Positions 27,155 to 36,123 of a stretch of DNA of 64,000 bases are shown here, in pieces. The stretch comes from a virus (taxonomy: Duplodnaviria > Caudoviricetes): IMG/VR virus record IMGVR_UViG_3300037067_024509, positions 1 to 64,000 of that record; one strand, 5' to 3'. The notes beneath the pieces were generated by a model. That model saw only the letters and a list, made by a program, of their open reading frames with translations, did no database searches and was not told the DNA's origin. The position numbers and the translations under genes were made by a program. Numbering within the stretch: the first letter of the stretch is position 1; the number at the start of each line of letters is the position of its first letter.

Positions 27155-27362
27155 GGCTACCAGATATATTTGTTCCTAAAAAGTCTTGTTGTCCTGGTTT
27201 TACTGGAGTATCTTGGTTTCCAGATCTATCAATTTTTTCTGATTCATCTTTTTGATTTGTTGCTATATCTTGATTGATAGTTGATTTAGCTGTTTTATAT
27301 TTATCAACAGATTGCTGTATTCTGTTGATAGTATCTGGACCATTTATTGCACTAAGCTTCAT
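27120..27362 (-). CDS. Hypothetical protein
   Basis: 80-aa hydrophilic ORF overlapping both neighbours by a few codons. Confidence 0.5.
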   Translation of the reverse strand: MKLSAINGPDTINRIQQSVDKYKTAKSTINQDIATNQKDESEKIDRSGNQDTPVKPGQQDFLGTNISGSRDKSKPGNLST

Positions 27363-27849
27363 TTTTGGCTGGTCTAGTGTTTTTTGGTTCTATACCAGTG
27401 AATGGTTCATTTTCACCAGTAAATGTTTCTTTCTCGGTATTGGTTGGTGGTTTATCACCTGGCTCTTCCATAGCTTTTTTAATTTTATCTAAATTAGTTG
27501 GGAATCCAACATCTTCCTCTTTATATGATTTTGCCAATTTGGCAACGGCATCTTCTGCTATTTTTATATCTTTTTCAGGTATTCCTTGTGATTTTAATTC
27601 ATTTTTTAGCATTAGTGCAAAATGGGTATCATTTAACCATTTTATACTATGGATTTTACGAAATGAACTTGTTAATGATGTAAAATAATCAGAATTTTTT
27701 ATTTCCAGTGCGAATTTGTCATTAATTTCTTCCCATTGGAATTGTACATTATGATCAGCTTCATCTGGTTTTTTGATTTCCTCTGATATAGTTCCTAATT
27801 CAACAATATTTTTAAATGTTTCAATAAATAATTTTTCATTTTGATTCAT
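27352..27849 (-). CDS. Hypothetical protein
   Basis: 165-aa ORF with a natural-looking composition. Confidence 0.6.
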   Translation of the reverse strand: MNQNEKLFIETFKNIVELGTISEEIKKPDEADHNVQFQWEEINDKFALEIKNSDYFTSLTSSFRKIHSIKWLNDTHFALMLKNELKSQGIPEKDIKIAEDAVAKLAKSYKEEDVGFPTNLDKIKKAMEEPGDKPPTNTEKETFTGENEPFTGIEPKNTRPAKNEA

Positions 27850-27872
27850 GATGAATTCCTGTGTAATTAAAT

Positions 27873-28130
27873 TTGATGACGAGAACTACATTTGAAAGAT
27901 TTGATATAGTGTCCATTTTAACTACTAAAAATGTTAAATGGATGTGCGATATGCCAGGTAAATATCCTGATCCTAATGGATCTTGGACAATAGTATGTAC
28001 ATTTCCTGAATCTGGCACATTGTTAATTCAGAAAGAAACTGCTTTAGCTAAAATACCTGCTGCTGATGTTATTAAAGTTGCTAATTATGGAATTGAAAAT
28101 GTATTTAAAAAGATCGATAACAAGGAATAA
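27873..28130 (+). CDS. Hypothetical small beta-barrel (SH3-like) protein
   Basis: 85-aa ORF directly upstream of recA; F..FDIV...W.IV pattern. Confidence 0.55.
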   Translation: MMTRTTFERFDIVSILTTKNVKWMCDMPGKYPDPNGSWTIVCTFPESGTLLIQKETALAKIPAADVIKVANYGIENVFKKIDNKE

Positions 28131-28133
28131 ATC

Positions 28134-29153
28134 ATGGCTAAAGAAAAAAGAGAAATAATAACTGATCTTGATAAAGTAATGGATTTAATTAATAAAGAAG
28201 ATAATGGTGGCGAACTTATTAGATATGGATCTGATTCAACACATGTTGTTGAGACAACTACTACTGGATCTATTGCAATTGATAAAGCTATAGGTGTTGG
28301 TGGATTACCAAAGGGTAGGATAATTGAAATATTTGGTCCAGAAGCTTCTGGTAAGACTACTATAGCATTAGGTGCTATAGCTGCTGCTCAAAAAGCAGGA
28401 CAAAAAGTTGCATTTTTAGATATGGAACATGCTTTAGATCCTAAATTAGCTAAAGGTGTTGGAGTTGATTGGGATTCATTATTATTTTCGCAACCAAATT
28501 ATGGTGAACAATGTCTTAATATAGCTGTGAAACTTGCTGAAACTGGAAAAGTTGGGATAGTAGTAATAGACAGTACTGCTGCACTTGTTCCAAAAGCCGA
28601 ATTAGATGGTGAAATTGAAGATAATGTTATAGGTGCAGTTGCTAGAATGATGTCAAAAGGTCTTCGTATGCTTGTTCCAGTTTGTCAAAGTAAAGGTACT
28701 ACTGTAATATTTATTAACCAGATTCGTGAAAAAATTGGAGTTTTGTATGGCAATAATGAGGTTACGCCAGGAGGTCGTGCATTAAAATTTGCTGCTTCTA
28801 TTAGGCTTGATGTTAGACGTAAGGAACCAATCATGGATGGCAAGAGAATTATTGGTAATCATCTTAAGGTTAAAGTTGTTAAGAATAAGATAGCAGAACC
28901 TTTTCATGTTGCTGAAGTAGATCTTTACTTTGGTAAGGGTGTTGATAATCTTAAAGATGTTATTAATGCTGCTGTTGATCTTAAAATTATTAATAAAAAA
29001 GGATCAAGTTTTTATGAATATGGCGAAATGAAAGTTAATGGTATGGATAAGCTAATGTTATTACTAAATGAAAATATTGATAAACGTAAAGAACTTGAAG
29101 ATTCTGTACGTTCAAGAATGGGTGAATTATCAGTTGAAATAGAATCTGAATGA
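28134..29153 (+). CDS. recA: RecA recombinase (bacterial type)
   Basis: GGLPKGRIIEIFGPEASGKTT, DMEHALDP, SQPNYGEQ, IDSTAALVPKAEL, FINQIREKIG, TPGGRALKFAASIRL, VVKNKIA. Confidence 0.97.
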   Translation: MAKEKREIITDLDKVMDLINKEDNGGELIRYGSDSTHVVETTTTGSIAIDKAIGVGGLPKGRIIEIFGPEASGKTTIALGAIAAAQKAGQKVAFLDMEHALDPKLAKGVGVDWDSLLFSQPNYGEQCLNIAVKLAETGKVGIVVIDSTAALVPKAELDGEIEDNVIGAVARMMSKGLRMLVPVCQSKGTTVIFINQIREKIGVLYGNNEVTPGGRALKFAASIRLDVRRKEPIMDGKRIIGNHLKVKVVKNKIAEPFHVAEVDLYFGKGVDNLKDVINAAVDLKIINKKGSSFYEYGEMKVNGMDKLMLLLNENIDKRKELEDSVRSRMGELSVEIESE

Positions 29154-29168
29154 TTCAAATTTATGTAA

Positions 29169-29900
29169 ATGACCACTAATTCTACTATAATATCTATACC
29201 GTTAGCTAAATTTGGTATTAGTGAGATAGTTTATATTAGAGAGAGTGCTTTAAATGGATATTTGGAACCACAAAAAGTTGCTTTAGCATATTTCGATCCT
29301 GATATTGGTAAGTATTGGTATTCGTTTAAGTTTAAGAAAAATCCACCAGTAACACAAACTGTTGGTGATATTATTGATTTGAAGACTAAAGGGCAGATAC
29401 AAGTATTAGAAGATGATTTGTGTTCATATCAGGAAGCGTTAATGTTAAAGCGTAATTTTTTGAATTCTGAATTAGCAAAAACTATAACTCAAATAGATAG
29501 TATATCTGGTGGTCCAGAGATAGATATAATAGGCCATGGAATAGATATAACTAATAATGATTTAACTCCTAATTATAATGATTATACTAATTTTGGAGAA
29601 CAAACAGTTGACATTAATCCTGATCATGGACTAATGAGGACATTTGAAATTAAAAACATTGGAAATTTTGATTTAAACTTGCTTGGTAATCCACCAGTAT
29701 TATTGTCTGGAGATAATGATTTCCAGGTTATATCACAGCCTCTTTTGAATGTTATATCTTCTAATTCTTCACAATTTTTTAAAATAGCATTCAAGCCACT
29801 TAGTAAAGGTAGAAAAGTAGCATCAGTTATAATTCATTCCAATGACAAGGAAAATAGCATTTTTGTGTTTACGATAGAAGGGCAGGGAATAGAATCGTAG
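29169..29900 (+). CDS. Protein with N-terminal coiled coil and C-terminal ASH/choice-of-anchor-D Ig-like domain
   Basis: PEIDI.G.GIDI.N.D.TP...D.T.FG...RTFEIKNIGN..L.L...F.V..QP...I......F.I.F.P...G...A...I.SND.....F.F.I.G.G. Confidence 0.7.
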   Translation: MTTNSTIISIPLAKFGISEIVYIRESALNGYLEPQKVALAYFDPDIGKYWYSFKFKKNPPVTQTVGDIIDLKTKGQIQVLEDDLCSYQEALMLKRNFLNSELAKTITQIDSISGGPEIDIIGHGIDITNNDLTPNYNDYTNFGEQTVDINPDHGLMRTFEIKNIGNFDLNLLGNPPVLLSGDNDFQVISQPLLNVISSNSSQFFKIAFKPLSKGRKVASVIIHSNDKENSIFVFTIEGQGIES

Positions 29901-29912
29901 TATTTTATAATT

Positions 29913-31220
29913 ATGGAAGAATTTAGTAAGTTTGAAGAAGAAAACATAATTTTGCTGGCTTTGGATAGTCCGGAGTTTTTTCATAAAATTGCTTCGTTTA
30001 TGAAACAGGAATACTTTGCTTCCGATGAAGCGCAATTTATTATGAATATTATTTCTGACTATTTTAAAAAGCATGATGTAGTTCCAACTAAGGAAATGGT
30101 TAAAAATTTAGTTTATAAAGATTTATCAGTTGATGATCCAGTTTCTAAACCAATTATAGATATTTTGGATCGTAATATAGATCCAAGAGATTCTCCATTT
30201 ATTAGAGATCATATTATAAGTTGGGCTAAACGTAAACAAATATCTATGTTGTATGATGATGAGGTAATGGAAAAGATTAAAGCTGGCGATTTTGAAACTA
30301 TTGAAGAAATATTTAATGATGCAGCTAAGATAAATGATGTAATTATTAAACCATTTAATTTTTTTAAAGATGTTGATAAGTTATTTGAAGTGAATGAAAG
30401 AGATAGTTTTACTACTGGATTTCCAAGAGTTGATAAAGAAATTCATGATAAAGGACCATGGCGTAGAGAGGTATTATCGTTTATAGCTCCTACAGGTGTT
30501 GGTAAGAGTTTGATATTAGCTAATACATCAATTTCTAATTTATTAATGGGTAGAAACGTATTGCATATTTCGCTTGAAAATGATGAGATAGTTACTGGAA
30601 ATAGATATTTAGGTGCATTTACAAATTCGCCAATAAAGACTAGGTTTGATAAAAAAGAAATATTAAAAGAGCAGTTAAAGAAAATTAAATCATCAACTAA
30701 TGCTGAATTATATATTGTATTCTTCCCAACAGATACGATAACTGTTGATACCATAGAACAAACTATTAAAGATTTAAAATATCAATGTAATTTTATACCT
30801 GATGTATTATGTCTTGATTATTTGGAATGTTTATTGTCTAGGGTAAATTCTAAAAATAAAGATGATTATACTAGACAAAAGGCAGTGGCCACCGAATTTA
30901 GAACTTTAACTGCTAAAACTAATACATTTGGTGCTACTGCAAGTCAGACTAATAGGAGTTCTGTTAAAGGAGACGATGGTCCAATTAATTTAGATAAAAT
31001 GTCAGAATCATATGGTAAATCAATGCCAACTGAATATATTATATCTTTAAATCAAACACAGCAAGAATATGCTGGTAATAATCAAGATGGTCAAGCACAA
31101 TCTCATATTGGTCATTTAAGATTATTTATGGCTAAAAATAGAAATGGTAGAAAAGGGTTCACAGTTAATGCATCAGTTAATTATGCTACAATGAAGGCAA
31201 TTGAAGATACTGCGGCATAA
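29913..31220 (+). CDS. Replicative helicase, DnaB/T4 gp41-like
   Basis: TTGF..VD, APTGVGKS, LHISLE, CLDYLE, ASQTNR, KNRNG. Confidence 0.92.
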   Translation: MEEFSKFEEENIILLALDSPEFFHKIASFMKQEYFASDEAQFIMNIISDYFKKHDVVPTKEMVKNLVYKDLSVDDPVSKPIIDILDRNIDPRDSPFIRDHIISWAKRKQISMLYDDEVMEKIKAGDFETIEEIFNDAAKINDVIIKPFNFFKDVDKLFEVNERDSFTTGFPRVDKEIHDKGPWRREVLSFIAPTGVGKSLILANTSISNLLMGRNVLHISLENDEIVTGNRYLGAFTNSPIKTRFDKKEILKEQLKKIKSSTNAELYIVFFPTDTITVDTIEQTIKDLKYQCNFIPDVLCLDYLECLLSRVNSKNKDDYTRQKAVATEFRTLTAKTNTFGATASQTNRSSVKGDDGPINLDKMSESYGKSMPTEYIISLNQTQQEYAGNNQDGQAQSHIGHLRLFMAKNRNGRKGFTVNASVNYATMKAIEDTAA

Positions 31221-31222
31221 TT

Positions 31223-31522
31223 ATGTCAAACAAATTAATAATAAATGATTTTGAACAAGATATTTGTTTTTATTTGCTGCCAAAACAACAAAGTGACTAT
31301 TTATTTTTGGAAATTCCTAGTGTTGTTATTGAATCTGTATCTGATTGGATATTAAATAAATCGTTATTGACAGTGTATTTAATAATAGGGTATTCAAAAT
31401 ATACATTTACTGGAGCATTTGTTGATAAATGTAAAATTTATAAAAATAGATATAATATTGAAGTACGTGAATTATTTATCAGATATAACATGATGTCAAA
31501 TAATTACAAAAAACGTACTTAA
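31223..31522 (+). CDS. Hypothetical protein
   Basis: 99-aa ORF within the operon. Confidence 0.55.
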   Translation: MSNKLIINDFEQDICFYLLPKQQSDYLFLEIPSVVIESVSDWILNKSLLTVYLIIGYSKYTFTGAFVDKCKIYKNRYNIEVRELFIRYNMMSNNYKKRT

Positions 31523-31526
31523 ATAT

Positions 31527-32192
31527 ATGCCAATATATCAATATTCATGTAATAACTGCACAAATAAAAAAGATAAGAAAATTGGGTTATATAATTCTGA
31601 TTCTATAAATTTAAAATTTGGTTATCATCCTGATACCAATGAATTTTTATTTTTTGTTGAATGTCATATGAAGGATAAACCAAAAAATCCAAAATGTCCA
31701 AACTGTGGATCTAATGATACTAATGTTAGTTATATTGATTTAGATCAGCAGTGCTATGTTAGGGGAAATGGATTGGTTAAAGATAAAGCTGGTGCTAGAA
31801 GAGATATGAATAGACATAAATTGAAGCATGAAGATCCGTATTCTTCTATGAGAGTTAGTGGCGAAAAAGATTATCTTATAGATAAGTTTAGGCGTGGTGG
31901 TATTGATATGGGTGCAAAAAGTAATACAGATTCTATAAGAGAAGCTCAAGAAAAAAGATTAGTTGAACATAATAAAGAAATTGATTTATTGAGTGATTCT
32001 GAAAAGAAGGTTATAGTTCATATTTTTAAGAATGGTTCTGCTACTACTTCTGAATTATCAAAATATTCTGATGATATCAATAAAGTGTTGACTAATATTA
32101 ATAAACATTATGTTTATTATAATGCTAATAAAGAAATATGGTTGCCATTAGCTGGTGGTAATAGAATATATGAAACTATAGTAGGTATTTGA
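31527..32192 (+). CDS. FmdB-type Zn-ribbon protein with C-terminal winged helix
   Basis: MPIYQYSCNNC...CPNCGS; LSDSEKKVIVHIFKNGSATTSELS. Confidence 0.65.
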   Translation: MPIYQYSCNNCTNKKDKKIGLYNSDSINLKFGYHPDTNEFLFFVECHMKDKPKNPKCPNCGSNDTNVSYIDLDQQCYVRGNGLVKDKAGARRDMNRHKLKHEDPYSSMRVSGEKDYLIDKFRRGGIDMGAKSNTDSIREAQEKRLVEHNKEIDLLSDSEKKVIVHIFKNGSATTSELSKYSDDINKVLTNINKHYVYYNANKEIWLPLAGGNRIYETIVGI

Positions 32193-32198
32193 CATGCA

Positions 32199-33311
32199 AT
32201 GATAGTGGCAGTTTTTTCATGGGATAATAATAATAGGCCAATAAATTATTCTTTATATAAGGATAAAGTATTAATTAGAAGAAATGATCTTTGGAAAATT
32301 GGTTCTAAAAAGAAAATTATAGAAATAATTAAAGAACAATCTATTTTAAATAAGATTCTATCATCTGTAAATGAATTTGTGATTGTTAATTATAAAAAAT
32401 ATTTAGATTATTTTAAATGTGGATTTAATGATGTTTATGATTATCCTGGGGCTGTTGAACATGATAAACATGATGAGTTTGTTAATTCTAATTGGGATGA
32501 ATTTGGTAAGAATTGGCAAAAGTTAAGAGGTAATGCTGCTAAAGTTTATTATAAATTAGAAAAATGTGGTGTTATGCTTGAGTATAAAAATATGTTTCCG
32601 GTTTATGACATGAATGTTTTTAGTGGTAGATCTAGTACTACTGGATTTAATATTCAAGGTTGTAATAAAGAATTTAATATTAAACATGTTAATTCTTCAA
32701 ATAATATTTTTGTTCATTTCGATTGGATGGCTGCTGATATTAGAATTGCTGCTATTTTATCTGGTGATAAAGATTTAATTGATAGTTATTTAAAATCTGA
32801 TCCATATTCACATATTGTGAATATTTTAGATGGATCTGTTGATAGAGATCAATGCAAGAGCGAATTTATGCAGGCTATATATGGTCTTAATCCTGATCAT
32901 GAGATTCTGGCTGTATTTCCAACTTGTAAAAAGTGGATTTCTGATATGGTAATTGAACTTAATAATAATGGATTTGTTAGATCAATTCTTGGCAGAAAAT
33001 ACTTAACTGATGGTACAATTAAAGGTAATAGGAGGGCGTTTAATAGTATTATGCAGGGTAGTGTAGCTCATGCTATGAATAATGTGATATCAAAAATTGA
33101 TAATAAATTTGAAAATATTATTTTAACTGAGCAGCATGACTCTTTGACTGCGTGTGTTAATGAATTCAATTTTCAAGATACTATTAAATATATATCTAAT
33201 ATAATGCTGAAACCATTTGAAGGAATTTTGGATGGCAATATTACTATGCCATTAAGAATTCATGTTGGGAAACATTGGCGTGTATATAAACAAATTAAGG
33301 AAGTAAGATGA
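32199..33311 (+). CDS. Minimal family-A DNA polymerase (palm plus fingers; no recognisable thumb or exonuclease)
   Basis: FSGRSSTTGFNIQG (TGRLSS..PNLQ), motif A FDWMAADIRI, motif B RDQCKSEFMQAIYG, RSILGR, NSIMQGSVA, motif C QHDS. Confidence 0.85.
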   Translation: MIVAVFSWDNNNRPINYSLYKDKVLIRRNDLWKIGSKKKIIEIIKEQSILNKILSSVNEFVIVNYKKYLDYFKCGFNDVYDYPGAVEHDKHDEFVNSNWDEFGKNWQKLRGNAAKVYYKLEKCGVMLEYKNMFPVYDMNVFSGRSSTTGFNIQGCNKEFNIKHVNSSNNIFVHFDWMAADIRIAAILSGDKDLIDSYLKSDPYSHIVNILDGSVDRDQCKSEFMQAIYGLNPDHEILAVFPTCKKWISDMVIELNNNGFVRSILGRKYLTDGTIKGNRRAFNSIMQGSVAHAMNNVISKIDNKFENIILTEQHDSLTACVNEFNFQDTIKYISNIMLKPFEGILDGNITMPLRIHVGKHWRVYKQIKEVR

Positions 33312-33345
33312 ATTATACTATGTATTTTAATATTAGGAGTAATAT

Positions 33346-33810
33346 ATGAACTGGTGGGAAACTGAAGTACCTGAAGATATCGCTGATGTTTTAATTGTTT
33401 TGAATGTTAAAATAAATAATAAAAATGTTACTAGGGACTGGAGAAAGGATTGCCATATAGACTATGATAAACTTGAGGATGATTTAACCTACATGCCAAG
33501 TATTTATTCGTTTTGGACTTCTGTTTTAGCTGAGGCTAGGAAGAATCTTAGAATTAATGAAATGTCTATGGATATTAGAAAGTCAAGGGTTTTAAGAGAG
33601 ATTAAGCCGCCTGAAGGTGTTAAATTAACTGTTTCTGATAAAGAATCAATTGTTAAATTAGATCCTGAGTTGTGTCAATTAACTGTTACTAATATTCATC
33701 TTGAAAATATTGTTCAAAAATTATTTGGTATAGTTGATTCATTAAAGATGAAATCTGAAAGTCTTAGGTCTTTAGCTGGTTTTAAACGTGCAGAACTTTC
33801 TAATAGTTAA
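33346..33810 (+). CDS. UvsY-like recombination mediator
   Basis: KDCHIDYDKLEDDL...IYSFW... helical pattern like T4 UvsY (KDVFIDSTKLQYE...LYSKW); located next to the SSB gene. Confidence 0.6.
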   Translation: MNWWETEVPEDIADVLIVLNVKINNKNVTRDWRKDCHIDYDKLEDDLTYMPSIYSFWTSVLAEARKNLRINEMSMDIRKSRVLREIKPPEGVKLTVSDKESIVKLDPELCQLTVTNIHLENIVQKLFGIVDSLKMKSESLRSLAGFKRAELSNS

Positions 33811-33834
33811 ATAAGTATATAACCAAGCAACCCA

Positions 33835-33860
33835 GCAGAAAATGGCATAATGCCATCTGC
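33835..33860 (+). promoter_or_regulatory. Stem-loop in the SSB gene leader
   Basis: gcag-aaa-atggca-taa-tgccat-ctgc (4+6 bp stem with a 3-nt bulge), about 22 nt upstream of ATG 33883 and its aaggaa RBS. Confidence 0.45.
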
Positions 33861-33882
33861 AAGCAAACAAGGAATAACTCCC

Positions 33883-34926
33883 ATGGCAATTAGTCAGGCT
33901 GACAAGCAGAAGCTCTTAGAGCGGATGCGTGCAAAGCAGGCTGCTCAAACTGGATTTAAGGATCCATCTGAGTGGCGACCGCCCAAGATGAAGAAAGATG
34001 AAGAGAGGAAGTTTAGGGTTATATTCCTTCCCCCTCTTAATGAAGGTGACAAGTGTGTTGGTGGCACAGCGTCATCGACATTGGATCTGTGGTATCTTCC
34101 GCATGGTCATCATTTTATCAATAAAAAGCGTTATGAATGTCCTAGAGTTCATATTGAAAAGGGTGAATGCCCACTTTGTTCAACTGGCTTTGATTTGATG
34201 CGTGAGGTTGATGATAAAGAAGTTAGATCTAAACTTGCCAAGGAATGGCTTGCTCAGTCAAATTTTGCTGTGAACGTTTATTTTGAAAATCACAAAGATA
34301 ATCCTGAAGATTTGCGTGGTAAAGTATTGTGGTGGTCAATTCCAGTGTCAGTATTTAATAAATGCGATAAGGCATTTAAGAGTGACAGTGCAGGTGATGA
34401 TGATAATCCGCAAGCTTTTGGATTATTCTTTGACCCTGAAAATGCATTTCCGTTTATTGTCAATGTGACTGAGAAGAGTGGGTATAATAATTATGAGAGT
34501 TCTGTATTTACGTCTAAGTCGCGTCCTATTGCTCAGTCAGATGAGGAAATTCAGGATATTCTTGATAGAAGGCATGATTTGTATAAGAAGTTTGAGGGTC
34601 GTGATATCAAGGCTCTTGAAAAATTGCTTAATGATAAGCTTGCTGGTGGTTCAGAACAGCCTAAGAGTAATGAAGATGGCGATGATGGATATATCGCTAA
34701 GCCTGAAACTGGATCTTCAAAATCTGAAGTGAAGACCGAGTCTAAGGTTGAGTCTAAGGCTAAGGTTGAAGAATCTAAGCCAAAAACTGAATCAGCTAAA
34801 ACTGAAACAAAACCTAAGGCAGAAGATAAACCTAAAGCTGAAACAAAGCCGAAGGTAGAAGAACCTGATAATCCTGAAGATGATCCTGAATTAAAGGCAT
34901 TGTTAGCACAGCTTGCTGATAAGTAA
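33883..34926 (+). CDS. T4 gp32-like single-stranded DNA-binding protein
   Basis: Start re-called to MAISQ. W.P......FRVIFLP, HGHHF, CPR..EKGECPLC, N.AVNV, W; long Lys/Glu/Pro-rich tail ending in DDPELKALLAQLADK. Confidence 0.82.
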   Translation: MAISQADKQKLLERMRAKQAAQTGFKDPSEWRPPKMKKDEERKFRVIFLPPLNEGDKCVGGTASSTLDLWYLPHGHHFINKKRYECPRVHIEKGECPLCSTGFDLMREVDDKEVRSKLAKEWLAQSNFAVNVYFENHKDNPEDLRGKVLWWSIPVSVFNKCDKAFKSDSAGDDDNPQAFGLFFDPENAFPFIVNVTEKSGYNNYESSVFTSKSRPIAQSDEEIQDILDRRHDLYKKFEGRDIKALEKLLNDKLAGGSEQPKSNEDGDDGYIAKPETGSSKSEVKTESKVESKAKVEESKPKTESAKTETKPKAEDKPKAETKPKVEEPDNPEDDPELKALLAQLADK

Positions 34927-34946
34927 TAAGCAATAAGCAGTGTGAA

Positions 34947-34983
34947 ATTGACGCCCATGAGACAATATCTCATGGGCGTCAAT
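34947..34983 (+). terminator. Perfect 16-bp hairpin after the SSB gene; probable intrinsic terminator overlapping the next start codon
   Basis: attgacgcccatgaga-caata-tctcatgggcgtcaat followed by gtatttt; the right arm includes the A and T of ATG 34982. Confidence 0.75.
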
Positions 34984-35833
34984 GTATTTTAAAATAATGG
35001 ACATTTTAATAGATGGTAAAAATGTTGTTTATAGATCATTATTTGCGGCTTTAGATAAAATAACTGGTAAAGTTAAAGTTGATCCAATAATAATAGCATT
35101 ACGACAATTTGTAAAATGGAGACGTATTTATAAGCCTGATAATTGGTGTATTTTTTGGGATGTTCCAAAAAATAATTTATGGCGTAAAAAATTATATCCG
35201 CCATATAAAGAAGGTAGAGACAAATCATTTATTGATAAATCAACATTAAGTGAATTAGTTAGCAGATTTAATACCATATTTATAAATATACTTCATAATA
35301 TGAAAATGACTCAATTTATTAAAAGTGAAAATGAAGCAGATGATTTAATATATGCATATATTAAAGCTTATAATGATAAAGAATTATTGATTGTATCAAG
35401 TGATGGTGATATGGTACAAGTTTTATTAAAATGTAATAATGTTAAATTACATGATCCTAAAAATAAAGATATATTATATGTTCCAAAACCAGAATATGAT
35501 CCTGTAACAGTTAAATGTTTATCTGGTGATACAAGTGACAACATTGATGGATATAGGTTGGTTGGCGATATAACTGCTAAAAAAATAATGCGTGAAAATA
35601 GAGTTGATGCTTTTTTATCTGAAAAAGGCAGAGAAATGTTTGATTTGAATAAAAAATTAGTTGATTTTGATATGAATGATGATTTGAATAGTAATATTGA
35701 GTATATTAAATCAGTTAAGAAAAATGACAAGTTTGATATCAAAGCTATTAACAATATAATTGATAAATATAGTCTTACTGAATTAAAACAATTAATGTCT
35801 GATTTAATAATACCGTTTAAATATAATCCTTGA
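34982..35833 (+). CDS. 5'-3' exonuclease / flap endonuclease (T4 RNase H, Pol I 5'-nuclease family)
   Basis: LIDGKN, FWD, YKEGR, EADDLI, SSDGDM, GDTSDNIDG. Confidence 0.93.
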   Translation: MYFKIMDILIDGKNVVYRSLFAALDKITGKVKVDPIIIALRQFVKWRRIYKPDNWCIFWDVPKNNLWRKKLYPPYKEGRDKSFIDKSTLSELVSRFNTIFINILHNMKMTQFIKSENEADDLIYAYIKAYNDKELLIVSSDGDMVQVLLKCNNVKLHDPKNKDILYVPKPEYDPVTVKCLSGDTSDNIDGYRLVGDITAKKIMRENRVDAFLSEKGREMFDLNKKLVDFDMNDDLNSNIEYIKSVKKNDKFDIKAINNIIDKYSLTELKQLMSDLIIPFKYNP

Positions 35834-35839
35834 GGTAAA

Positions 35840-35847
35840 TATAAATA
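35840..35847 (+). promoter_or_regulatory. Possible T4-type late promoter TATAAATA
   Basis: Exact octamer just upstream of RBS gagg and ATG 35860; a gp55-like gene is present. The motif is weak evidence in such AT-rich DNA. Confidence 0.3.
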
Positions 35848-35859
35848 TAAGAGGTCATT

Positions 35860-36123
35860 ATGGCAGCAACAGACGTTGAGGTTGTTAATTTTATCAGAGT
35901 AAGGGTTGATACATTAGGTAATCCATATACTGCTGATACTAAAAATAGATCAATAGCTCAAAATTTGAGTTTTACTGATGAATTTAGAATTCAGCCTGAC
36001 CCTGATGTTCCTGAATCTGCTGGTTATCCTACTTTAAAGACTTATTTAAAAGCTATGGCTAACAGAGCTACACCATTATATCCTAGGATGATATCTCAGA
36101 CAATGGTGGTGGTGTCGAAATAA
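35860..36123 (+). CDS. Hypothetical protein (possibly late/virion)
   Basis: 87-aa ORF with good RBS. Confidence 0.6.
   Translation: MAATDVEVVNFIRVRVDTLGNPYTADTKNRSIAQNLSFTDEFRIQPDPDVPESAGYPTLKTYLKAMANRATPLYPRMISQTMVVVSK

Noticed and set aside
32199-33311. Family-A polymerase as a frameshifted pseudogene fragment
   Set aside because: The ORF is continuous, tightly packed between neighbours, and keeps all catalytic residues; no missing pieces appear in other frames nearby.
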